Assembly (NCBI GenBank): GCA_041686005.1
Contig: JAWLER010000006.1
Span: 17,635 to 81,634 of the forward strand
DNA from: Anaerolineales bacterium
Lineage (GTDB): Bacteria > Chloroflexota > Anaerolineae > Anaerolineales > UBA11858
Length of the DNA: 64,000 nt
Direction of reading: 5' to 3'
A model generated the notes under the pieces. That model ran no database searches and was not told the origin of the DNA. It was given only the letters and a program-made list of their open reading frames with translations. This document shows positions 29,881-38,154 of this stretch, piece by piece (the first letter of the stretch is position 1; each line of letters opens with the position of its first letter). Made by a program: the position numbers and the translations under genes.

Positions 29881-30603
29881 AGTGAGAATAAGATGAAAAA
29901 TAAAATCAAATCATGGACCCTGCTGCTGGTTTTTTGTTTCAGCCTGGTGCCTTTTGGTAGGGGGCAGACGGGGGGGCCGGACCGGACCTTTGCGGAAGCC
30001 CGCTCCCTGCTCTACCTTGGGGGAGTTTTCCTGGAGGATGAAGCCAGCTTGGACACGGCAGTCCGATTCCCGGGGCTGATGGCCCCGGCTCCGGTTGTAC
30101 GCCAGGCGGAAGGGGCGGAAGAAATCCTGAATCGGATGATCCACGCCACCAAGCAGGAGCGCAACGATCATGATGCAAACTGCCGCCAGCTGAAGATGCG
30201 CTACCAGTCGGCAGGAGATCAAGCAGCGGTTCAGAAGCTGACATCCTATTGTGAAGGTGAACGCCAGCGTTTATCAAACAGGATCAGTTTTTTACGCAGA
30301 TTGCGGGGAGGGGACCGGCGCAAGCTGCTCACGCGCTGGTGGCATTCGGTCAAGCGGGGCTCGGCCAACTTGTGGCAGCAGATAGGACCGCTGGGAAGAA
30401 ATATCCTCCGGAAGGTAGGGGATGAGGCTTTTAACACGGTTGCCAGCGGGGGTAGCTTGAGCGGTGGGATGGTCCGGCGGCTGGTGAAGCAGGCGGTCAA
30501 GAGCCAGGCCCGGGAGGAGCTCAAGAAGGTGGTCTGCCGCGGGGTGGAGCGCCTGCTGCAGGGCCAGGTGGAGATCGCAAGGGCCGCCGGGGTGCTGGAA
30601 GAT
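29881..30603 (+). repeat. direct repeat copy 2 (about 0.72 kb; 5' half of paralog B plus leader)
   Basis: See copy 1. Long runs are identical base for base, for example from TTTGCGGAAGCCCGCTCCCTGCTCTACCT through CCAGGCGGAAGGGGC. Confidence 0.85.
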
Positions 30604-31209
30604 GAGGAAGTGGACCAGGACGCTCAAGACGCAGACGAGAGTAGTTGCCAGACGGATTGGTGGTCCATTTCATTCTGGGAGGATGAAGTTCTGCCTGAAT
30701 TGTTGAACTCCGACAAACGCTGCGGGAACTTCCACCCGTACCAGACCTGCCTGGAAGAACGCGCCAGAGCGGGGGACTGCCTGGAGGATGCCTTTGCCAC
30801 TTGTGAAACTGCGTACCAGGACATCCTTTCTACCGGCTCTGGAAAGGTGGTCAAGATTGTCGATGATCAGCTCTACCACCGGGATGATGACAACTATTTT
30901 GATTTTAGTTTTTCGTTGAGCGGAGGACCCGTCACCGGAACGCTGTTGATTGACTATCAGACCGATTATGAGGGTGGGGACTACTGCCGGGTGACCCTTG
31001 AAAAGATTTACCAGGGAACCTTTGATCCGGCCACCTGTGTCCTGTCCGGGACCGTAGCTGTAACGCAGAGGCATGAAGAGAGCCGGAATGATATCTGCTG
31101 GGGAGAACCCTATGAGCGGGTGGAAAACTGGTCCATGACCATCAAGGATGGAGTTATCAGGGGTACGCCTGGAACCAAGGTTTATCCGCTTTCCGTGTAT
31201 CTCGAGTGA
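29893..31209 (+). CDS. secreted Cys-rich hypothetical protein, paralog B
   Basis: 438 aa. The first 237 residues differ from paralog A at 16 positions by hand alignment. The C-half is diverged but keeps the Cys pattern and the GTFD..TC.LSGT motif. Confidence 0.65.
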   Translation: MKNKIKSWTLLLVFCFSLVPFGRGQTGGPDRTFAEARSLLYLGGVFLEDEASLDTAVRFPGLMAPAPVVRQAEGAEEILNRMIHATKQERNDHDANCRQLKMRYQSAGDQAAVQKLTSYCEGERQRLSNRISFLRRLRGGDRRKLLTRWWHSVKRGSANLWQQIGPLGRNILRKVGDEAFNTVASGGSLSGGMVRRLVKQAVKSQAREELKKVVCRGVERLLQGQVEIARAAGVLEDEEVDQDAQDADESSCQTDWWSISFWEDEVLPELLNSDKRCGNFHPYQTCLEERARAGDCLEDAFATCETAYQDILSTGSGKVVKIVDDQLYHRDDDNYFDFSFSLSGGPVTGTLLIDYQTDYEGGDYCRVTLEKIYQGTFDPATCVLSGTVAVTQRHEESRNDICWGEPYERVENWSMTIKDGVIRGTPGTKVYPLSVYLE

Positions 31210-31282
31210 TTTCCCATCTGCAAGGCGAGGGTTTCGTGAGGAGGTCAGGGGGTTTTTGGAAGAAAGGCACCGGGCATGTGTT

Positions 31283-33988
31283 TTAAGTCCTGCCCCAGCC
31301 CAAGGCTTTCCCGATCTGGCCCAGCAGGAGCGGGATCAGGCTCATGGCGATGACCAGCGTCCAGCCTTGGAGTCCCAGGGGGACAGTATCCAGGAGATTG
31401 GAAAGCAAAGGCAGATAGGTGGCGAGCAAGAGCAGCCCGATGCAAAGGGCCAAGGCGCCCCAAACCGTGAGATTTCCGGTGACTTCGTTACGCAATATCC
31501 CCGTCCCTAAACTCCGCATATTGAATACATGCCAAAGTTGGCTGAAGGCCAAGGTGAGGAAACCGACACTGACCGCCTTTTCTAATCCCATGTCATACCG
31601 GTAAAGGGCCAGCGTAAACGCTCCCAACACAGCAATACTGATCAAGAAGGCGTAGGTGCTGATCCCCCACCAATGTTCCCGGGTCAGGACCGGTTCTTCC
31701 GGGTCCCGGGGCGGTCGTTTCATGATCTGAGGGTCCCCTTCTCCCACGCCTAAGGCCAGGGCTGGAAAGACGTCTGTGACCAAATTGAGGTACAGGATTT
31801 GCAGCGGGCGGATGGGAAGGGGGAGATTGGTAAGGGAGGCGAAAGAGACCACGAAGATCTCGCTGGCATTGCAGGATAAAAGATAAATGGCGAACTTACG
31901 AATGTTGTTGAAGATATTCCGGCCCTGTTCGATGGCGGCCACAATGGTGGAGAAGGCGTCGTCCTTCAAGACCATGGCCGCTGCCTCCTTGGCGACCTGG
32001 GTACCACGCCGGCCCATGGCGATGCCGATATCCGCTTTCTTCAAAGCGGGGGCATCGTTGACCCCATCTCCGGTCATGGCTACGATCTCTCCCGCTTCTT
32101 GAAAGGAGGAAACCAGGGAGAGTTTTTGGCCCGGGCTGACCCGGGCGAAGATATCTGCCTCAGTGGCCTCCTCTTGTACGGTTTCCTGCTCGGAAAGCTC
32201 CTTCCCGTGCTTAACGTCCGGATCGTGGACTAGATCTACTTGCTGGGCAATGGTCTCCGCGGTTTGGGATTTATCGCCGGTCACCATTACCACCCGGACA
32301 CCGGCGTCCTGGCAGGCCTGAATGGCGTCCTCGACCTCGTCGCGGGCGGGGTCGATCAATCCGGCGATGCCGATGAGGGTGAGGTCCTGGTAGGGATCTG
32401 TGGAGGGGTCGTCCACTTTACGTTGAGCCAGACCCAGGACCCGGTAGCCCTCCGCTGCCATGGCAGCAGAGCGTTCTTTCCAGCGCTGGTGTGCGTCTTT
32501 ATCCAAAGCTTCCTTGCCCTGCGGGGTTAAGACGGAGGTGCTCACTTTGAGGACGGATTCCGGAGCCCCTTTGACAGCCACCAGATACGTCTCCTCCTCC
32601 TTCTGGCTCTGTGCGTGTACGGTAGCCATCAGCTTGATTTGGGGATCAAAGGCGACCTCCCGCTCTTCGGGGTACTCTGCCAGCAGTTCCTTTCGGGTCA
32701 GCCCGGCCTGGAATGCGCCCTGCAGGAGGGCCACCTCCATAGGGTCACCGACATCATCATTTTCATCGTCTTGGTTGTGGATTTCGGCGTTATTGCACAA
32801 CACGCTGACCCGCAGCGCCTGGCGCAGGGCAGTATTATCATCGGGTTCAATTTCTTCCCCGTGAAGTTGGAAGACCTCCTGGGCGGGTTCCTTTTCTATG
32901 AGGTGGACATCCCCTTCAGTCAGGGCGATGGTTTGCAAGGCCATCTCGTTTTCGGTCAATGTCCCCGTTTTATCGGTGAGGATGATGGTCGTAGAACCCA
33001 GAGTTTCCACCGCGGACAGCTGGCGCAGGAGCGCGTTGCGTTCCGCCATGCGCCGCATGCCCCGGGCCAGGGCGATGGTCGCCACAATAGGCAGGCCTTC
33101 CGGGACGGCTGCCACGGCCAGGGCGAGGGCTGTTTCTAAGATTAAATACACATCCCGACCAAGGATGATACCCAGGACGGCGATCAAGGCGGCGATCCCC
33201 AGAGTGACCCAAACCAGACGTCCCCCCAATCGATCCAGGCGTTTTTCCAGGGGCGTGCGCTCTTCTTCCGCTTCTTCGACCATGGATGAAATCTCGCCCA
33301 ATTGGGTTTCCATACCCGTGGCCACCACCACCGCGTGGCCGGCTCCCCGGGTAACGGCGGTCCCCTTATAGACCATGTTTTCTCGTTCCGCAAGTGGGCG
33401 TTCTTCCTCTAAAGGCTCGGTGCGTTTCCCAACCGGCACGGATTCCCCCGTCAAAGAGGATTCGTCCACCTGCAGGCGGGAGGCTTCCATTAACCGGGCG
33501 TCTGCGGTGATGATGTCGCCGCTTTCGATGACCAGGATATCCCCCGGCACCACACTCTCGGCGGGGATGCTGAGGATGCTTCCCTCGCGGCGCACTTTGG
33601 TCTCCATCCGCCCCAGTTCGCGAAGGGCTTCCATGGAACGCACGGCTCGCAATTCCGTGAAGAAACCCAGCAGGGCGTTCAACAAGATCACCGCGAGAAT
33701 GGAGATCCCCTCCACCGTCTCCCCGAAAAGGAAGGAGATCAGGGTTGCTGCGCTTAACAGCAGGACGATGATATTCTTGAACTGCTCGATGAATATGGAG
33801 ATGGCGCTCCTGCGTTCCGTTTCCCCCAACCGGTTTGGTCCGTATTGCTGAAGCCTCCGTTCTACCTCTTCCTCGGATAGTCCTCGTTCCAGATCCACGT
33901 CCCAATCACGAGCGGTTTCTTGCCAGGGTTGTGACCATGGGGACCGCCTTTCTTGATCTTGTGCTGGGTTACTTGATTCTGCACTCAT
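31283..33988 (-). CDS. P-type cation-transporting ATPase (P2, Ca2+/Mg2+-type)
   Basis: 901 aa with TGES, the phosphorylation motif DKTGTLT, MVTGD, TGDGVNDAPALK and 10 predicted TM segments. Confidence 0.92.
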   Translation of the reverse strand: MSAESSNPAQDQERRSPWSQPWQETARDWDVDLERGLSEEEVERRLQQYGPNRLGETERRSAISIFIEQFKNIIVLLLSAATLISFLFGETVEGISILAVILLNALLGFFTELRAVRSMEALRELGRMETKVRREGSILSIPAESVVPGDILVIESGDIITADARLMEASRLQVDESSLTGESVPVGKRTEPLEEERPLAERENMVYKGTAVTRGAGHAVVVATGMETQLGEISSMVEEAEEERTPLEKRLDRLGGRLVWVTLGIAALIAVLGIILGRDVYLILETALALAVAAVPEGLPIVATIALARGMRRMAERNALLRQLSAVETLGSTTIILTDKTGTLTENEMALQTIALTEGDVHLIEKEPAQEVFQLHGEEIEPDDNTALRQALRVSVLCNNAEIHNQDDENDDVGDPMEVALLQGAFQAGLTRKELLAEYPEEREVAFDPQIKLMATVHAQSQKEEETYLVAVKGAPESVLKVSTSVLTPQGKEALDKDAHQRWKERSAAMAAEGYRVLGLAQRKVDDPSTDPYQDLTLIGIAGLIDPARDEVEDAIQACQDAGVRVVMVTGDKSQTAETIAQQVDLVHDPDVKHGKELSEQETVQEEATEADIFARVSPGQKLSLVSSFQEAGEIVAMTGDGVNDAPALKKADIGIAMGRRGTQVAKEAAAMVLKDDAFSTIVAAIEQGRNIFNNIRKFAIYLLSCNASEIFVVSFASLTNLPLPIRPLQILYLNLVTDVFPALALGVGEGDPQIMKRPPRDPEEPVLTREHWWGISTYAFLISIAVLGAFTLALYRYDMGLEKAVSVGFLTLAFSQLWHVFNMRSLGTGILRNEVTGNLTVWGALALCIGLLLLATYLPLLSNLLDTVPLGLQGWTLVIAMSLIPLLLGQIGKALGWGRT

Positions 33989-34200
33989 CTCGCTCCTTGC
34001 TGGTTGGATGTCTTTCTCCGTTCTTGAAAAACGGTCACCCCAAAATGCCCCAAGAGCTGGTCATATCCGGGGCGATCAATCCCTCCTATAGCACCTGTTC
34101 GCTGAAGCTACAGGTTCCACGATACAGAAAATGGAACCCACCTTGTATTCTATCATCTGGCGTGTTTCGAGGGGTGTTTGTGATCAGAAGAGCTTGGACA

Positions 34201-35355
34201 TCAGATCAACTCCCGCAGTTTCCCCTGGATGGCGGACAGCTCTGGAGCAGCTTGGTCGTCCAGTTCTTTTCGCAGGTTGTAGAGTTTATAAAAGGTGGGC
34301 ATCACCTCGAGTTCCTTAACCATTCCCAGGCGGAGGGCCGTTTCGATGACGTAAATGAGGTCTCTGAAGGCGGAGCTGGGGTTTCCAGGCAAGGGCTCCG
34401 TGATGATTTCTTTGATGTTGTCCTCCGCCAGCTGGTTGTACTTCTCCTCCTCTTCTTCTAGGAAGCGGGTCAGTTCATCCAGCTCTTGGGATGTAAAGCG
34501 CCAACCGCTGGCCTGGAGGTTTTCCTCCAGGTGGGGGATGGTGGAAGGCCCGGTCAGAGCGCAGATCACCCCCTTTTGGGCCAAAACCCAGGCGATCGCG
34601 GTTTGGGCAGGCGTTTTCCCGTAGCGCCTCCCGATCTCCGCTAGCTTCTCCATCACCTGGAGCCCATATTGGAAGCGCTCCCGTTGAAAGAAGATGTCCA
34701 GTTTACGGATGTCTCCCTCTTCAAAGGTGGGGACCTCCTGGAATTTCCCGGTCAGCAGCCCCCGCCCTGTGACGCTGAAGGCGATCATGCCCACATCATG
34801 TTTCTGGCAGAGGGAGAGCAGATCGCGGTGACTGTCCCGGGCTACGGCGTTCAACTCCAGCAATACAGAGAACACGTTTCCCTTCTCCAGATACGCCGTC
34901 ACCCGGGGAGGGGATAAGTGTCCCAGGCCGTAGCGTCTTATTTTCCCTTGCGCTTTGAGTTCCTCCATCACAGCGATGGTTTCCTCGACGGGCGTTTCCG
35001 GATCGTCGAAGTGGATCTGGTAGAGGTCGATGTATTCCGTCCCCAGCCGGCGCAGGCTTTCCTCGCAGGATGATTGGAGGTACTCCGCTGAGAGATTAGG
35101 CTTGGTGCTCTCCTTCACCCCCACTTTGGTGGCGATGAGGACCTCCTCGCGAAAGGGCTTGACCACCTCGCCCAGGATGGCCTCCGCGTCCCCATAGGCA
35201 TCCGCGGTGTCGAAGAAATTGACCCCCAACTCATAGGCTCTGTGAAGCATGGCTTTGAACGCCGCAGGGTCTTTCTGGCCGTAGGCGCCGCTCAATGCAT
35301 AACAGCCGATGCCGATTTCTGAGATGTCGAGTCCATCATGTGTCCTGTAGAGCAT
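34201..35355 (-). CDS. aldo/keto reductase with a roughly 70-aa C-terminal helical extension
   Basis: AKR motifs FFDTADAYG, LYQIHFDDP, GLGHLS and an IPHLEENL-type tail, followed by an extra acidic/helical segment. Confidence 0.88.
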   Translation of the reverse strand: MLYRTHDGLDISEIGIGCYALSGAYGQKDPAAFKAMLHRAYELGVNFFDTADAYGDAEAILGEVVKPFREEVLIATKVGVKESTKPNLSAEYLQSSCEESLRRLGTEYIDLYQIHFDDPETPVEETIAVMEELKAQGKIRRYGLGHLSPPRVTAYLEKGNVFSVLLELNAVARDSHRDLLSLCQKHDVGMIAFSVTGRGLLTGKFQEVPTFEEGDIRKLDIFFQRERFQYGLQVMEKLAEIGRRYGKTPAQTAIAWVLAQKGVICALTGPSTIPHLEENLQASGWRFTSQELDELTRFLEEEEEKYNQLAEDNIKEIITEPLPGNPSSAFRDLIYVIETALRLGMVKELEVMPTFYKLYNLRKELDDQAAPELSAIQGKLRELI

Positions 35356-35364
35356 GATGCCCTC

Positions 35365-35928
35365 CTAGGATGCTTCCGAATTCGCTTTGAACTCCTCGCG
35401 CAGGATGGCGTAGATGTGAGCGTCCTCGAAGGAATCGAAGCGGTGCAGGGACTGCCGCAGGGTGCCCTCGCGCTGCATGCCGATACTCTCCATCACCCGC
35501 CCGGAAGCGGGGTTTTTGGTCATATGCCGGGCCTGGATGCGGTTTAAATCTAATTCCTCGAACCCGTAGCGGACCACTTCCCGGGCGGCTTCGGTGCAGT
35601 AACCCTGATTCCGGTAGGGTTCCCCGATCCAGTACCCTAGTTCCCCAAGTTGGTGCTGTTTTTTGATGAAAATCCCGATCGCACCCACTAAAATGCCCTT
35701 CTTCTTGAGGGTGATGGCGAAATGTACCCCCGTTCCTTGTTCGAAGGTTTCTGCATGGGTAGAGATCCATTCCTCCGCCGCGCCATCCGGGTAGGGATGG
35801 GGGATGTTGGTTGTATGAGCGGCGATGGAATATGCCCCGGCCAGTTCCTGCACAGCGGGGGCGTCATCCATTCGGAAGGGTCTCAAGCGTAATCGTTTGG
35901 TGGTCAGCGTGGGTATTTTAGATGTCAT
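35365..35928 (-). CDS. GNAT family N-acetyltransferase (RimJ/RimL-like)
   Basis: 187 aa with TKRLRLRPF..DA N-terminal motif, the acetyl-CoA motif YRNQGYCTEAAREVVRYGF, and a LNRIQARH..N..S..VMES.GM tail. Confidence 0.85.
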   Translation of the reverse strand: MTSKIPTLTTKRLRLRPFRMDDAPAVQELAGAYSIAAHTTNIPHPYPDGAAEEWISTHAETFEQGTGVHFAITLKKKGILVGAIGIFIKKQHQLGELGYWIGEPYRNQGYCTEAAREVVRYGFEELDLNRIQARHMTKNPASGRVMESIGMQREGTLRQSLHRFDSFEDAHIYAILREEFKANSEAS

Positions 35929-36189
35929 CTCTACATTGTCCTCATGGTCAAGGTTGCTTATCTATCCCCCTTTCATTGTAGCGGAAATTGTGCGGATTTT
36001 GGCGATCATAGAGAGGGGATGTCAACCCTGCCGTATGGAAATGAAAATGTTTTAGGTGAGGTCTTCCCAAGCAGCGTTTGAAGATCCGGTCGCGGGGCTT
36101 ATCAGGCAAGGGGAGAATATCAAAATTCAGGGATGCTCACCATGCGTAACACCCCTCGTCGATATGGTGTCCCATCCTCACCTTTTTGG

Positions 36190-36897
36190 TTATGTGTTCG
36201 CTTTGAACAAGCGCTCTAGATTCAGGTTGACATGTTCCCTTAGCGGCAGTCCATGACCCGGGCACAGGATCCGCACGTCCAGGTTGGCGATCTGCTGTGC
36301 GGATGCCAGGGACGCCCGGTCATCGAAGGAAACCAGGGGGAGTGGAAGACGCAGGCCCTTCACGCGGGTCATGGGGTGCTGGTTGAAGAGTGCGTCCCCG
36401 CACAGCAAGACCCCCTGCTGGGGTTGGTAGAAAGAGATGCTCCCGGGGGTGTGACCCGGCGTGTGAATAACCTCCCACTTGCTGTCCATTTGGATCTCAT
36501 CCCCTTCCTGAAGGAAGGCATCCAGCGGTGTGGGCGGTTGTCGAAAGAGGGTCCGGTCCATTAATCGCAGCATGATGCGCTGCAGGGGGGACTTTGCAGG
36601 GGGTTTAGGGGTTTTCTGGAAGAAAGCCAGGTCGGCCTCGTGGCCCAGGACCGGAGTCCCGCTTCTTTCCACCAGAGCGGCGGTGTTGCCGATGTGATCA
36701 CCGTGACCATGGGTGTGGAGGATCCCTTTCAGGTTGGAGAGCGGGTATCCTGCCCCCTCCAGCTCCTCCATGATGGCTTTGGCATACCCGAACAAGCCGC
36801 TGTCCACCAGGTAATATCCAACCCCGGCATCCACCAGGTAGACATTGCACATGGGGACGCGTTCCAGTTGATAAAGGTGATCGGAAATATGCAGCAT
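36190..36897 (-). CDS. MBL-fold metallo-hydrolase
   Basis: 235 aa with HTHGHGDHIG, HTPGHTPGS, CGD and PGHG ligand motifs. Confidence 0.85.
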   Translation of the reverse strand: MLHISDHLYQLERVPMCNVYLVDAGVGYYLVDSGLFGYAKAIMEELEGAGYPLSNLKGILHTHGHGDHIGNTAALVERSGTPVLGHEADLAFFQKTPKPPAKSPLQRIMLRLMDRTLFRQPPTPLDAFLQEGDEIQMDSKWEVIHTPGHTPGSISFYQPQQGVLLCGDALFNQHPMTRVKGLRLPLPLVSFDDRASLASAQQIANLDVRILCPGHGLPLREHVNLNLERLFKANT

Positions 36898-37094
36898 GGG
36901 TTGTTTCCTCTACTTTTACGGTGACCTCATCCTTTCTTGGATAAATCATTTCAGATACCGCAATAAGCTCTTAATAGCGCTCATCTGTTTTGTAAAGGTT
37001 ATGCCAAGAATGACTTCATAGTAGCTTGTCTTGGAAGAGATAGCAAGAGGTAGTGAAACGAATATCCGGCCATCCTTAAATTTTTACTACCTGG

Positions 37095-37123
37095 TTGACT
37101 TTCAGAAATGGCTTGGGTACACT
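37095..37123 (+). promoter_or_regulatory. candidate sigma70 promoter upstream of the peptidase gene pair
   Basis: TTGACT (37095-37100), a 17-nt spacer, then TACACT (37118-37123), within an AT-rich intergenic region. Confidence 0.4.
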
Positions 37124-37400
37124 CCAAGAAATATACAAGGTGGCCCTGCTGTGCTTTGATCAATGAGGGAAAATGCACCCCCATTCTAGGTTCATATAGG
37201 GATGGGGACCCTTTTTGGAAAGTATGCTTCGCGGGGGGAATCTCTGATGATGTTTGAGCACTGCCGGGCCCGAGTCATCGATGACCGTTAATTAAATTGA
37301 AGGTGGGTTTAGGTGTGAAATTGCAGCGATGTGCATGTTGGATTAATGAGGCTCTTGGTCAGCGGTTTATGTTTTGACAATCTATGTTTGGGGAGGATCC

Positions 37401-38144
37401 ATGAAACGCCAATTCCTGGTCTCACTTTACATTTTGATTCTTTTTTCCCTATCCTCCTGCAAAGTCGTGCCAATCGAACAACCTTCTTTAACCCCGCCGG
37501 TAACGCCCCTTTCCACGCAAACACATACCCCTTTCGTGACTGGGACTGTTACTGTGCAAACCACCCTAACTCCGATGCCCTCTTCCATTGCAACCCAGCT
37601 GCCCACCTGCACCCCAATTCCCCCAGATGTCATTTATATTATCGACGAGGCTGTCTATAACAACAGCCATCCAGGTTTGGAGTGCGGGACTGCGATGGAG
37701 GCCATTGATAAGCTGCAGCAAGCTCTTGAAGAACATCATCCGGCGTGGACAGCCTATACATGGGAAGATTTTCAAAGCAAGGATCGGAACATCGCCTATT
37801 ACATATGGAACGTCAGCACCACCCAGCTGGTCCGGGTCAATCCCCGCGTCCTCCTGGTGACAGCGGGGATCGCTCTGGACTGGCAGGTTCCCGCAGAGGA
37901 AGAGCTGACGGATGCTGTCTCCGAAGTGGGAGCGGCTCTCACAAAGCATTACAGAGAATATCAATTTGATGAAGACCTGCGGGAACGCTATCCCCAGGCT
38001 GTCAATGCCTCTACTTATGCCCTGTACGCTTTCTTTGGTCACGATCTTGAAAAATTAAATCGCTGGGCGAATGAATACGACCGCATGTTTGGCGCGCTGC
38101 AGCCGCGCATCCTTACCGAGAACTGTCAACCCAATGTACCCTAA
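37401..38144 (+). CDS. hypothetical lipoprotein sharing a roughly 190-aa module with the N-terminus of the downstream M23 protein
   Basis: ATG 37401 has GGGGAGG upstream. It has a lipobox (ILILFSLSSC), a PT linker and then a domain (IIDEAVYNN..HHPAW..YYIWNVS..LVRVNPRVLLV..) paralogous to residues about 30-230 of the next gene. Confidence 0.6.
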   Translation: MKRQFLVSLYILILFSLSSCKVVPIEQPSLTPPVTPLSTQTHTPFVTGTVTVQTTLTPMPSSIATQLPTCTPIPPDVIYIIDEAVYNNSHPGLECGTAMEAIDKLQQALEEHHPAWTAYTWEDFQSKDRNIAYYIWNVSTTQLVRVNPRVLLVTAGIALDWQVPAEEELTDAVSEVGAALTKHYREYQFDEDLRERYPQAVNASTYALYAFFGHDLEKLNRWANEYDRMFGALQPRILTENCQPNVP

Positions 38145-38154
38145 GGAGTTAGCC

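Noticed and set aside
28380-31209. A diversity-generating retroelement (TR/VR pair) as the explanation for the conserved/variable paralog pair.
   Set aside because: There is no reverse transcriptase gene in the window. The repeat is 0.72 kb and lies at the 5' end (DGR VRs are about 100-150 bp at the 3' end). The mismatches between copies are not adenine-specific.
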